DNA of 39,945 nt from Nitrospirae bacterium MYbin3 (GCA_002753335.1 PEAD01000027.1:1-39945), one strand, 5' to 3'; counted from the stretch's first letter, positions 27,103 through 39,477 are shown. Numbers and translations: made by a program. The notes: a model not told the origin generated them from the sequence alone.

Positions 27103-28542
27103 ATGAATGAACTGATTTCGGTTTTTTTTGAGCTGGATCGTTGGGTTTACGGATTAAAGGGCGCGCTACTAGGTGCCCTAGGCGCGTTTGTGGTTATTTT
27201 GTTGATATATCTTGTAGCCGAATTAGGGCGGCACAAAATCCGTTGGCAAAAAATATTAAGCCGCCTCGATACCGCAGAAATGCTTCAACAAGGAAACATG
27301 TCGGATGACGCCCTGCAGATCTACGCAGACCTTCTTAGAATGAGCGCAGTAAAAGAAAGACCCGAAATATATTCTCGTGTGAAAACAGGTGAGGGGAACT
27401 GCTATTTAAGTATTTCTCAGCATAGAAACAAGTCCGAAAATATTATCAAAGCAATAGAAGCATACACGTCAGCCTGCAAGTATGCTTCTCCGGATAAACA
27501 CCCCGATAGTTTTGGAATGCTTTATTACAATATTGCAAAAGCATACATGTTTCTGTCCGAGTTTCATGACAAAGGAGAATGCATTTCTAAAGCTATCCGG
27601 GCGTTAAGAGAAACCTTGCGTGTATATAAAATCGCCACACATCCAGCAAATTATGGCATTACACAGATGAAGTTGAGTGATGCGCACTCGGTTCTTGCCG
27701 AAATATATGAGTCTGAGGACCATCTTGTAAAGGCGATAGAAGCACTCGAGGAAGCATTAAGAATTTATGACCTTGAAACCTACCCTGCTGAGCATGCCGA
27801 TATTCATTTCAAAGCAGGACATCTGCATCTGGTACTCGCCGGTTTCTCAAAAAAACATGAAAACCTTACAAAGGCCATAAACAACTACAAAACAGCTATT
27901 ACGCTATTTACACCCGAAAAATATCCGGCCGCATTCGGCAAGGCAATGCTAGATTCGGGAACCGCCTACCGTTTGCTTTCCGAAATAGACGACAAAGATA
28001 CAAACCTCAAGCTTGCAGTAGCAGTTTTAAATGAGTCTCTTGCTGTGTATTCTATCGACAAATTCCCAATGGAGTTCGCTATTGCGCATAAAAAACTTGC
28101 GGAAGCCTATCTGGCAGGATTCAGCGGAAACAAAGATTATCTGGAAAAAGCGATATTGTCGTTCAAAGAATCTCTTAGAGCACACACTGCCGAATCATCT
28201 CCGGAAGAATATGCGTCTTTAAAACAGGGGATGGGAAAAGTTTACAGACTGCTTTCGGAACTTGACCACAAAGAAGAGTTTATTTATGAGGCAGTTACAG
28301 CTAACCTTGAGGCGTTGCGCTTTAAAAGCCCTGAAAAAGATCCCTTGGATTATGCGCTGATCCAGAACGAACTCGGAGACCTTTATGTGAGAACCGCAAA
28401 GATAAAAGAATGGGACAAAAACATGAAGTTGGCAGAGTCAGCCTACAATGAAGCCTTGAAGATATACCACAGTGATAAATTTCCTGCTGAACATGCCGCG
28501 CTTACCGAGGCGGTCGAAAAAATAAGAAGAGTCTATTCATAA
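27103..28542 (+). CDS. Membrane-anchored TPR-like repeat protein
   Basis: N-terminal TM helix; about eight 47-aa repeats of type AIxAYxEAL...(K/T)(Y/F)PxxxA. Confidence 0.8.
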   Translation: MNELISVFFELDRWVYGLKGALLGALGAFVVILLIYLVAELGRHKIRWQKILSRLDTAEMLQQGNMSDDALQIYADLLRMSAVKERPEIYSRVKTGEGNCYLSISQHRNKSENIIKAIEAYTSACKYASPDKHPDSFGMLYYNIAKAYMFLSEFHDKGECISKAIRALRETLRVYKIATHPANYGITQMKLSDAHSVLAEIYESEDHLVKAIEALEEALRIYDLETYPAEHADIHFKAGHLHLVLAGFSKKHENLTKAINNYKTAITLFTPEKYPAAFGKAMLDSGTAYRLLSEIDDKDTNLKLAVAVLNESLAVYSIDKFPMEFAIAHKKLAEAYLAGFSGNKDYLEKAILSFKESLRAHTAESSPEEYASLKQGMGKVYRLLSELDHKEEFIYEAVTANLEALRFKSPEKDPLDYALIQNELGDLYVRTAKIKEWDKNMKLAESAYNEALKIYHSDKFPAEHAALTEAVEKIRRVYS

Positions 28543-28547
28543 TTTTT

Positions 28548-30005
28548 TTACCTGCGTATGCGCGGTGCTTCCATCAAAAACCGGAGGGCAGAAATTCTAG
28601 CAGCAGCATGCCTGCCCAATTCGTTGTCTGGAGCCACTTTTAACTGCATGGAATATTCGTTGTAAGCTGCATTTATATTGTTTGTGTTCTCATAACAAAT
28701 ACCGAGTGAGCCATGCACCTCAGGATGTTTTGGTTGGGCTTGTGCCGAAGCGCGCAGGTGAGGGATGGCCTCTCTGTACATGCGCATTTTGTAGTAGCTC
28801 ATTCCGAGAAAATGATGCGCCGATATATCCTGAGGAAAAAATGCTATGCTGTTTTTTAGATGTCTTATGCTTTCTTGGTAATCCCCCCTGAAATACCCTA
28901 CCGTGCCTTTGCCCCTCAATGCCGGTTCGTATTTGTCATCTATTTTCAGGGCCGTATCAAAATGTTTTTCTGCCTCAACATGCTCCTTCTTTTTGAGAAA
29001 GATAAAACCTTTAAGTGTATAAAACGGTGCCTGATTAGATTCCAGAGCGATAGCCTTTGAAAGCTGACTATCAGCTTCATCGAGTTTATTCTTTTGTAGA
29101 GCGCGAACAGCCGGATCGTAATGATCAATATAAATTTTATTTATCCGCCTGATATTTGCAATGTTGTTCTGGTATGTTTCTCTGCTGGTCCTGTCCTGCC
29201 GTATACTGTATCTGTCTGCGTCGGCCGTCATGCTCTGTATCTCATCTATCCTTACGGACATTCTAGGATGAGTGGCAAGCAGCTCATCAAAAACGCTTTT
29301 CTCATGCGGCTCTTTGCCTAAAGAGCGAGCGAAGTCGTCCGCAATTTTTTCGAGGGTCTGATGGGCGCTTACCGCATGCTTGGGGTTATAGCCGAGCCTA
29401 GACATATATTCGATTCCTAGCCTGTCAGCCTCCAGTTCATGTTCTCTGCTGTACTTAAGCATAAGAAGCTGGCCGCCTATAGCGCCAACGTTCAACGCAA
29501 GATCAGAATACGCCCTGCCGCCCATAGCAACCCCAAGCCCAGAAAGCCCAACCTGCATCAGCATTCCTGAGGTCATCTGTCGTGCAGAATGTTTAGCCGA
29601 AACATGGCCCATCTCATGTCCGAGCACAAAAGCGAACTGTGCATCGTTTTCAAAGACAGAAAGCAGCCCTCTTGTTATGACCACATGCCCCGGAATAGCC
29701 CAAGCATTTGGAACAGAACTGTTCTGCACCGTAAATTCCACAGGCAGGTTTGGCCTGTGAGAAGCTTCATGTATTTTAAGCACAATACCTTTAAGGTAGC
29801 CCTTCAACTGTTCGTCTCGGTACTCGCCGCCGCCGCCCATGTCCCCCCACATTGCGTTTGGATACACGTCCGATCCCATTTTTAGTTCATCTTTTTCGGA
29901 AACGAGCATTAACTCTTTCTGGCCGGTAACAGGGTTTACGGCGCAGGCTGCAAGGAAAAGACAGATAATAAAAAACAGCAATGAATTTATAACCTTTTCA
30001 GCCAT
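28548..30005 (-). CDS. M48 zinc metalloprotease lipoprotein with TPR domain (BepA-like)
   Basis: Lipobox FLAAC, VNPVTG, PNAWAIPG, HEMGH, YSREHELEAD, THP, C-terminal TPRs. Confidence 0.9.
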   Translation of the reverse strand: MAEKVINSLLFFIICLFLAACAVNPVTGQKELMLVSEKDELKMGSDVYPNAMWGDMGGGGEYRDEQLKGYLKGIVLKIHEASHRPNLPVEFTVQNSSVPNAWAIPGHVVITRGLLSVFENDAQFAFVLGHEMGHVSAKHSARQMTSGMLMQVGLSGLGVAMGGRAYSDLALNVGAIGGQLLMLKYSREHELEADRLGIEYMSRLGYNPKHAVSAHQTLEKIADDFARSLGKEPHEKSVFDELLATHPRMSVRIDEIQSMTADADRYSIRQDRTSRETYQNNIANIRRINKIYIDHYDPAVRALQKNKLDEADSQLSKAIALESNQAPFYTLKGFIFLKKKEHVEAEKHFDTALKIDDKYEPALRGKGTVGYFRGDYQESIRHLKNSIAFFPQDISAHHFLGMSYYKMRMYREAIPHLRASAQAQPKHPEVHGSLGICYENTNNINAAYNEYSMQLKVAPDNELGRHAAARISALRFLMEAPRIRR

Positions 30006-30084
30006 GATGCAGACACCTCTCAAACCAAGGATTCATGCGCTTTTATATTATATACTACAGCATTTAACAGAGCAATTATTTTTA

Positions 30085-30114
30085 TTGACAAAAAAATAAA
30101 AATTGCTGTAGAAT
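30085..30114 (+). promoter_or_regulatory. Sigma70 promoter of speD
   Basis: TTGACA-N18-TAGAAT. Confidence 0.6.
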
Positions 30115-30169
30115 TTCTGTTTAAGAAGACGGGGAATCTTCGATTCTGGTACTGAAGGAGGGTAGAGAA

Positions 30170-30574
30170 TTGTATGCTTTAGGTACTCATCTTTTAATAG
30201 AGTTAAAGGACTGCAATCCGGAAATTCTCAAAAATTTAAGCATGGTGAAAGAAGTGTTGGTTTCTGCAGCAAAGGAAGCCAAAGCAACTATAGTAGATGT
30301 ATCCTTCCACGAATTCAATCCATTTGGAATCAGCGGCATGGTGGTAATAGCTGAATCTCATCTGTCAATTCACACGTGGCCCGAATACGCTTATGCCGCC
30401 ATAGATATATTTACATGCGGAGATATTATTAAGCCCGAAACCGCTGCTCAATATCTTATTGAGCGGTTTGAAAGCAGAAACCCATCTATAGTCGAAGTTA
30501 AGCGTGGTATAATTTCGTGCGCTAACGAAAGACTGCCGCATAAAATATGTGAACCTGAACTTCAGATGGTTTAG
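30170..30574 (+). CDS. speD: S-adenosylmethionine decarboxylase proenzyme
   Basis: GTHL, HEFNPFGISG, IAESHLSIHTWPE, DIFTCG. Confidence 0.94.
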   Translation: MYALGTHLLIELKDCNPEILKNLSMVKEVLVSAAKEAKATIVDVSFHEFNPFGISGMVVIAESHLSIHTWPEYAYAAIDIFTCGDIIKPETAAQYLIERFESRNPSIVEVKRGIISCANERLPHKICEPELQMV

Positions 30575-30584
30575 CAGATAAAAC

Positions 30585-30622
30585 AAAAAAGGGGACAGCT
30601 ATTTTAGCTGTCCCCTTTTTTT
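30585..30622. terminator. Bidirectional intrinsic terminator between speD and pgk
   Basis: AAAAAA-GGGGACAGCTA-TTT-TAGCTGTCCCC-TTTTTTT. Confidence 0.88.
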
Positions 30623-30634
30623 ATGAAACTTTTG

Positions 30635-31867
30635 CTAGGCTTTTTTGTCTGTAAGTGCCGATATCCCCGGCAAATCCTTGCCTTCCAATAACTGCAACGA
30701 CGCGCCGCCGCCGGTTGATATAAAACTTATAGAATCGCTTACGCCCGCACGGTGTATCGCGTAATCCGTATCTCCTCCACCGACTATGGTCATGGCATAT
30801 GCATCACCGACCGAATTGGCTATAGCGTAAGTCCCCCGCGAATAGGCATCAACTTCAAAAACTCCCATGGGTCCATTCCATATTATGGTCTTGGCATCCT
30901 GAAGAGCCTCGTTGAATAGCTTTACCGATGCAGGACCTATATCAAACGCCTTCCATCCTTTCGGTATCTCCTGATTAGTGACTATCTTTGTGTCGGAACT
31001 TGATTCAAGGCTCTGCCCGATTACGCTGTCAACAGGCAGGTAAAACTTAACATTGTTGTTCCTGAGCTTCTCCATTATCTTTTTTGCGAGGTCAAGCATA
31101 TCAGGCTCAACAAGCGAATCGCCTATCTCGTAGCCCATAGCCTTGATAAATGTGTAAGCCATGCCTCCGCCAACGATGACCTTGTCCACCTTGTTGGCCA
31201 AGTTCTCCAGAACGCCTATCTTCCCCGAAACCTTTGCCCCGCCCAAGATAGCCACAAAGGGCCTCACCGGATTATCCACGACACCCTTCAGGTATTCTAT
31301 TACACTTTTGAGCAGGAAGCCCGCAGCCGAAGGTATGAACTTGGTTATTCCGGCTGTCGAGGCATGCGCTCTGTGCGCAGCCCCAAATGCATCATTTACA
31401 AAAAAATCCGCAAGCTTTGAAAGAGATCTCGAGAAGCCCTCCTCGTTTTTCTCCTCCTCAGGATGGAAACGGAGGTTTTCGAGAAGAAGAACATCGCCTT
31501 CTTTCATCTTTGCAACCATATTCTCAACCTGAGAACCGATGCAGTCGGGCGCGAACATGACCTCTTTATTCAAAAGCCTCTGGAGTCTTTTTGCCACAGG
31601 CGCAAGGCTGTATTTAGGGTCAATCTTACCCTTGGGCCTTCCCAAATGTGACGCAAGTATAACCTTTGCGCCTTCATCAATAGCATAATTTATGGTAGGG
31701 AGACTGGAACGAATCCTTCTGTCATCTGTGATAACAAGATTGTCATCAAGCGGCACATTAAAATCGGCCCTTATAAAAACAGCCTTGCCTTTTATCTGGA
31801 GATCCTCTATCGTGAGCTTGCCGAAGATGTCTTTTATCTCAACGACAATATCATTCTTTTTTGCCAT
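30635..31867 (-). CDS. pgk: Phosphoglycerate kinase
   Basis: RADFNVP, SHLGRP, LLENLRF, NDAFGAAHRAH, GGAKVS, WNGPMGVFE, STGGGASL. Confidence 0.97.
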   Translation of the reverse strand: MAKKNDIVVEIKDIFGKLTIEDLQIKGKAVFIRADFNVPLDDNLVITDDRRIRSSLPTINYAIDEGAKVILASHLGRPKGKIDPKYSLAPVAKRLQRLLNKEVMFAPDCIGSQVENMVAKMKEGDVLLLENLRFHPEEEKNEEGFSRSLSKLADFFVNDAFGAAHRAHASTAGITKFIPSAAGFLLKSVIEYLKGVVDNPVRPFVAILGGAKVSGKIGVLENLANKVDKVIVGGGMAYTFIKAMGYEIGDSLVEPDMLDLAKKIMEKLRNNNVKFYLPVDSVIGQSLESSSDTKIVTNQEIPKGWKAFDIGPASVKLFNEALQDAKTIIWNGPMGVFEVDAYSRGTYAIANSVGDAYAMTIVGGGDTDYAIHRAGVSDSISFISTGGGASLQLLEGKDLPGISALTDKKA

Positions 31868-31878
31868 GGCATCTCCCT

Positions 31879-34156
<2,278 letters not shown>

Positions 34157-34257
34157 TTTTGTGCTCTGTTAAACCGAGGTTTTATATTAGCATTAAATAT
34201 CCCGAATTTCAATCGTTTTTCGCGCTTACCGTCCGCTCTTTTATGCTACAATTTAAA

Positions 34258-34770
34258 ATGATACGTCTATTGACCGCCCTTGCTATATTACTGTTCATCT
34301 CCGAGGCCTCTTGCCTTACAACATACGCTTCTGCTGCCGTTGCGCCAGACTTCACGCTGACAAGCCTCGACAACAAAACCGTAAGCCTTAGAGATTTCAG
34401 AGGGAAGGTTGTTGTTCTTAACTTCTGGGCCACCACCTGCGGAATATGCCGCGAAGAAATGCCCTCGTTCAACAAGCTATACCTTGATTATAAAGACCGG
34501 GGCCTTGTAGTCCTCGGTGTTTCGATAGACACTGCAGAAAAGGCCTTAAGATTTTTCTCTGCCAAGAGCGGCATAGCGTTTCCTGTGCTAATGGACAAAG
34601 AACGGGCTGTTTATTCGGACAAATACAAATTATTCGGAATTCCTGTTACTTTGCTTATAGACAAAAAAGGTATAATAATCGAGAGAATTATCGGCGAAAT
34701 AAATTGGAACGAGCCCGAGATGAAACAAAAAATTCTTAGACTACTCGAAGCTAAACAGACTAAACAATAA
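34258..34770 (+). CDS. TlpA/ResA-like thiol-disulfide oxidoreductase
   Basis: APDFTL, LNFWATTCGICREEMP, GIP; signal/TM N-terminus; start trimmed to ATG 34258. Confidence 0.88.
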   Translation: MIRLLTALAILLFISEASCLTTYASAAVAPDFTLTSLDNKTVSLRDFRGKVVVLNFWATTCGICREEMPSFNKLYLDYKDRGLVVLGVSIDTAEKALRFFSAKSGIAFPVLMDKERAVYSDKYKLFGIPVTLLIDKKGIIIERIIGEINWNEPEMKQKILRLLEAKQTKQ

Positions 34771-34783
34771 TTTGGAGGAAACT

Positions 34784-35995
34784 ATGAACCGTCGTGATTT
34801 TTTAAAAACCACAGCACTGGCAGCGGCAGCAGTAGCTGCAGCCCCCTTAAAGGCCGACGCAGCGCCTGAAACCGCAACAGCTTCGCCCTCGGTAAAGAGC
34901 TATCGCGAAATAGGCAAAACAGGTTTGAAGATGAGCGACATATCTTTCGGCGCAGGCAGGCTTGCATCCCCTTCAATGATTCTCCGTGCTGTGGACAGCG
35001 GAATAAATTATTTCGACACAGCACCTGATTATGGTGCGTCAGAAAAACTTATAGGCGAAGCTATGCCTAAGATAAAAAGAGACAAGATTATCATCGCCAC
35101 CAAGTTCTGCAGCCTCACGCCTTATCCGGGGCATCTGCCGTTAGGCACTAAAAAAAGAGAATATGTTGCGGCGGTTGAAGACAGCCTGGGAAGACTTAAA
35201 ACAAACTATATTGATTTCATGCTGGTTCATGCAATAGGTGGAGAAAGGGGCAAGAATAAAGATCTTGAAGATGAGAAAAAAAGGCTTCTTGACAACGAAA
35301 TGCTATCAGCCTTTGATACGCTTAAAAAAGCGGGCAAGGTGAAATTTTTAGGTGTCTCGTCGCATGGGCCTGCAAATCTTGAAGAGCTTTTGATGACGGC
35401 GGTCAAGTCCGGCCACTACGATATGATCATGCCTTCTTTCAACTTTATGAACTTCCCAAAGCTGCCCGAGGTGCTGAAAGAGGCGCACAAGCGCAAAGTG
35501 GGCGTTGTTGCGATGAAAACCCTTGCAGGCGCAAAAGACACGAATATAGAGGCAAAGAACGAAGAGTTCGCGCATGCTGCGTTCAAGTGGGTGTTGAAGC
35601 ATCCCGAGGTTAGCGGATTGATAGTAACTATGAAAACCGTGTCTGATATAGAAACATATTTGGCCGCATCAGGAAAAAAGTTTACGCAGAACGACAGGCG
35701 GGCGCTCAACGAATACGCTATGATGTTCGGCAAAGAATACTGCCGCACAGGCTGCAACGAGTGCGAAAGCTTATGCAATCGCGGTGTAGAGATAGCAACG
35801 ATAATGCGCTACCAGATGTATTTCAACGACTATGGCATGGAAAAAAGGGCCATTGAATCTTACGCTTCGGTCAAAGGAAAATCCGCGGCCTGCAGCGACT
35901 GCGATAATCCGGCCTGCATTTCAGGATGCCCTTACGGGTTGTCCGTAAAAAACATGTTGGCCGATGCGCATGATACACTGACAATATCGGTTTAA
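34784..35995 (+). CDS. Tat-signal aldo/keto reductase with C-terminal Fe-S domain
   Basis: MNRRDFLK, YREIGKTG, GINYFDTAPDYG, IATK, AMKT, CRTGCNECESLC...CSDC...C...CP; GGAGG RBS at 34774. Confidence 0.88.
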   Translation: MNRRDFLKTTALAAAAVAAAPLKADAAPETATASPSVKSYREIGKTGLKMSDISFGAGRLASPSMILRAVDSGINYFDTAPDYGASEKLIGEAMPKIKRDKIIIATKFCSLTPYPGHLPLGTKKREYVAAVEDSLGRLKTNYIDFMLVHAIGGERGKNKDLEDEKKRLLDNEMLSAFDTLKKAGKVKFLGVSSHGPANLEELLMTAVKSGHYDMIMPSFNFMNFPKLPEVLKEAHKRKVGVVAMKTLAGAKDTNIEAKNEEFAHAAFKWVLKHPEVSGLIVTMKTVSDIETYLAASGKKFTQNDRRALNEYAMMFGKEYCRTGCNECESLCNRGVEIATIMRYQMYFNDYGMEKRAIESYASVKGKSAACSDCDNPACISGCPYGLSVKNMLADAHDTLTISV

Positions 35996-36960
35996 TGGGA
36001 GTGTCTTTTTTCTTAAGGACGATTCTTATTCTCGTCCTGCCTTGCATTGCGGCCGTGATTTATCTGAAAGGGCAGAAGTACGATCCTGCGCTGCTAGACT
36101 TTAAAGCTTCAGCCAAATCAACGGCCGAAAGCATACAGAAGGATGAAACAGCAACCGGTCAGAAGGAATCCTCATCTGCTTTGCCATCAGATATTGAAGG
36201 CTTTAAACAGTTCGGAAAAACACGGGAGTTCAATAAAGACAACCTTTTTGAGCATGTGAACGGCCATGCCGAATACTTCATCTCTGCCGGATTTAAGAAA
36301 CTATCGGTAATTGAATATGTCTCCTCAACCTCAAAACCATCCCAACCAGAACTACAGGCCGAGGTTTACGAAATGGGGAGCGGGCTTCAGGCCTTTGGCG
36401 TGCTTATTGATGAAAGCGGGGCCAAGGCTGAAGCGGTTAATATCGGCACTATGGGATTCAAGACATCTGCCGGAATATCTTTTTTCAAAGGCAGATATTA
36501 TGTGAAAATCGCACCCTACAGCGGCAAGCCTCCTTTAATGCTCTTTGCCTCGAAATTCGAAAAAAAGCTGCCTGCTGCCGGTGGAGAATTTTCGGCCTTC
36601 TCAAAACTTCCGGCATTAGGCAAGACAGTTGCAACTCGATTTATAAAAGAAGGCTATCGTGGGCTTGATTTCTTCAAAAATGTGATCGAAAGGGAATATG
36701 CTGTTGACGGCAAGACCTTGCAGATCGCCTTGATATCAGGCAAGGACAAAGAGATAAAAGATTTTGCCACAGCGCTGAACTCATATCTTCAAAAGTCTGC
36801 GATAAGCTTTGAAAAAGAGAGCAAACAGAACAAAGAAATTTACAAAATATCGGACAAATATGAAGGCAACTGGTATGTAGTTTTAGAAAAGACCGCAGCC
36901 TTCGGGATTTTCGGCGCTTCCGACGGTTCTATTTTGCGCCATTTTATTAAGGAAAACTGA
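35995..36960 (+). CDS. Membrane-anchored DUF6599-like protein
   Basis: N-terminal TM; DNLFEHVNGHAEYF...GF, EVYEMGS...AFG, FFKGRYYVKI. Confidence 0.7.
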   Translation: MGVSFFLRTILILVLPCIAAVIYLKGQKYDPALLDFKASAKSTAESIQKDETATGQKESSSALPSDIEGFKQFGKTREFNKDNLFEHVNGHAEYFISAGFKKLSVIEYVSSTSKPSQPELQAEVYEMGSGLQAFGVLIDESGAKAEAVNIGTMGFKTSAGISFFKGRYYVKIAPYSGKPPLMLFASKFEKKLPAAGGEFSAFSKLPALGKTVATRFIKEGYRGLDFFKNVIEREYAVDGKTLQIALISGKDKEIKDFATALNSYLQKSAISFEKESKQNKEIYKISDKYEGNWYVVLEKTAAFGIFGASDGSILRHFIKEN

Positions 36961-37952
36961 TGCCTTCAAAACACAATAAAACAGAACCCCAGCTTACTCG
37001 CAGAGATTTTATTATAAAAACAGCAACCGTCTGCAGCGCGTCTGCGGTCGTGGGTTTGTGGGGATACGCCTTTTACAGTAACGACCCTGTAAGGCGGCAG
37101 GACACAAAAATATTCACCTTCAAAGATTACCGGGTCGAGGATGTTAAAACTTATCCTAATCTTGCCGTAAGTCGGGGCACAGACGCAGAGAAAATGGTAC
37201 GCGCCGCTGTTGACAGGATTGGTGGCATAACTCGTTTCATAAAACCGGGCGAACGAGTACTCATAAAACCTAATGTGTCTTGGGATAGACAGCCTGAACA
37301 GGCGGCCAACACCAATCCTGAAGTGGTGGCCGCGGTAGTAAAAATGTGCGTTGAGGCCAAGGCATCGGTCATCTGGGTCACCGATGTTTCGGTGAACGAC
37401 CCATATAGATGCTTTGCCCGTTCAGGAGTTGAAGATGCCGCAAAGAAAAACGGTGGGGTTTTAAAATTCGCAACAGAAAACGATTTTGTTCAGACCGACC
37501 TGAAAGGCAAGGCGCTCAAAGTCTGGCCGGTCAGCGCATTTTTTCATCAGGTGGACAAATTGATAAACATACCGATGGTCAAACATCACTCGTTAAGCAA
37601 ATGCACAATGGCGATGAAGAATCTTTATGGCGTGCTGGGCGGTCAGCGCAACCGCCTGCATCAGGACATCAATACATCGATTGCGGATCTTGCGGCTGCT
37701 ATTAAGCCGACATTGACGATTATGGATGCCACCAGAATACTTATGAGGAACGGCCCAACCGGAGGAAATCTTGCGGATGTTGCAAGAGGAGATACAATAA
37801 TAGCCGGAACTGACATTGTGGCGATTGAAACTTATGGTCTGTCATTCCTTGATCTTAAGCCCGAAAATATTCCGTATATACTCATGGCCGAACAGCGCGG
37901 CGCAGGGACCACTGACATAAAATCTCTTAACATAGCAGAGATCAGCGTATGA
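36960..37952 (+). CDS. DUF362 family protein with twin-arginine N-terminus
   Basis: TRRDFII, VLIKPNVSWD, ANTNP, INIPMVKHH, TMAMKNLYG, GPTGG. Confidence 0.87.
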   Translation: MPSKHNKTEPQLTRRDFIIKTATVCSASAVVGLWGYAFYSNDPVRRQDTKIFTFKDYRVEDVKTYPNLAVSRGTDAEKMVRAAVDRIGGITRFIKPGERVLIKPNVSWDRQPEQAANTNPEVVAAVVKMCVEAKASVIWVTDVSVNDPYRCFARSGVEDAAKKNGGVLKFATENDFVQTDLKGKALKVWPVSAFFHQVDKLINIPMVKHHSLSKCTMAMKNLYGVLGGQRNRLHQDINTSIADLAAAIKPTLTIMDATRILMRNGPTGGNLADVARGDTIIAGTDIVAIETYGLSFLDLKPENIPYILMAEQRGAGTTDIKSLNIAEISV

Positions 37953-39466
37953 TAAAAAAACTGCTTTCGCTCAAAAACATCCGGCTGCTGTATGCGGCCT
38001 TTTTTCTGGTTCTCTTTATCGTTCTGGTAGGAATCACAAGCTTCAGAAGCATGAAAGGCTATCAAGTAGCACTGTTCCTTGAGCTTGATCCCCTTGTGGC
38101 TTTGTCGTCATTCCTTACAAGTTGGACCGTATATAAGGGGCTTTCACTTTCTCTCATCATAATTGTCGGGACGATGATATTCGGAAGATTTTTCTGTTCA
38201 TGGATCTGCCCTATGGGAATAATCAACCAGATAGCCGGAAATATTTTTAACAAGCTGCGTGCCGTGGATTTGATAAAGATGAATGCGTACAGAGTCCTTT
38301 ACCGTTTCAAATATTATGTTCTGGCTTTGCTCCTTGTGCTTGCAGCGTTTGGAACTATTCAAACAGGATTGCTCGATCCTATTCCGTTTATAACAAAGGC
38401 CTTTGCTGTATCTGTTTATCCTGCGGTCAATTATTGGAGCGGTGGCTTTTATCTCAAGCAGCCTGTTTTTCAGGGTGGGTTTCTGCTTGCCGTTATCTTT
38501 ATCGCTGTACTTTTCGCCAATAGATTTATAAATCGGTTCTGGTGCCGCTCGCTCTGCCCTCTTGGTGCCCTGCTCGGCCTGCTTTCATTTAAACCTCTCC
38601 TACAGATATGGCGCGATACGACTAAATGCAACGACTGCATGAAATGTGTTCAGAACTGCCACGGCGCCTGTGACCCTCATGCGTCATTAAGAACAAGTGA
38701 GTGTATGGTCTGCATGAACTGCATATCGGATTGTCCAGAAAACGCGATGCATTATGGATTGCCAAAAGACACAAGCTCTGTTCACGCGCCACTTGATGTC
38801 AACCGCCGCAGGCTTATAGAAACAGCTGTGTTCGGGACGATAATGTTTCCGATGATGCGGAGTGTCATAACCTCAAAAACCGTCTCCCAGCACAGCGTGA
38901 TAAGACCGCCAGGATCTATTGCAGAAGGAGACTTTCTGCGCAGATGTATCAAGTGCGGGGAGTGCATGAAGGTATGTCCTACAAATGTTATCCAGCCAGC
39001 TTTGCTTGAAGCAGGTTTTGAAGGCATCTGGACGCCTATTCTGCTTAATAAAATCGGCTACTGCGAGTACAACTGCGTGCTCTGCAGCAGGGTCTGCCCA
39101 ACAGGAGCCATTGTGCCGCTCACCGTAGAAAAAAAGATAGGAAAACCACCGGCACAAAAGCCTGTAAAAATAGGTATCGCTTTTTATGACAGGGGACGCT
39201 GCCTGCCGTGGTCCATGCACACCGAATGCATCGTGTGCGAAGAAGTCTGCCCCACATCTCCCAAAGCTATCTGGTTTCAGGATGTCGAGATGCAGATGAG
39301 AGACGGCACAACAAAGGTATTTAAAAGGCCTTACATGGATCCTGAATTGTGCATAGGATGCGGTATATGCGAGAACAAATGCCCGGTGCGCGACAAGCCC
39401 GCAGTGCGTGTAACATCAATAGGCGAGACGAGATCGCTTGTCAACCAGATGAGCCTGAAAAGCTGA
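37949..39466 (+). CDS. Membrane 4Fe-4S polyferredoxin (NapH/MauN-like fused to NapG/MauM-like)
   Basis: GRFFCSWICPMG, RFWCRSLCPLG, multiple CxxCxxCxxxCP motifs, IRPPG. Confidence 0.88.
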   Translation: MIKKLLSLKNIRLLYAAFFLVLFIVLVGITSFRSMKGYQVALFLELDPLVALSSFLTSWTVYKGLSLSLIIIVGTMIFGRFFCSWICPMGIINQIAGNIFNKLRAVDLIKMNAYRVLYRFKYYVLALLLVLAAFGTIQTGLLDPIPFITKAFAVSVYPAVNYWSGGFYLKQPVFQGGFLLAVIFIAVLFANRFINRFWCRSLCPLGALLGLLSFKPLLQIWRDTTKCNDCMKCVQNCHGACDPHASLRTSECMVCMNCISDCPENAMHYGLPKDTSSVHAPLDVNRRRLIETAVFGTIMFPMMRSVITSKTVSQHSVIRPPGSIAEGDFLRRCIKCGECMKVCPTNVIQPALLEAGFEGIWTPILLNKIGYCEYNCVLCSRVCPTGAIVPLTVEKKIGKPPAQKPVKIGIAFYDRGRCLPWSMHTECIVCEEVCPTSPKAIWFQDVEMQMRDGTTKVFKRPYMDPELCIGCGICENKCPVRDKPAVRVTSIGETRSLVNQMSLKS

Positions 39467-39477
39467 TATTTCGGTTT

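Noticed and set aside
36958..36962. Other UGA stops (6275, 36958, 39464) as Sec codons
   Set aside because: Not in redox-motif contexts; 36958 overlaps the next ATG (TGATG coupling) and the others end complete domains.
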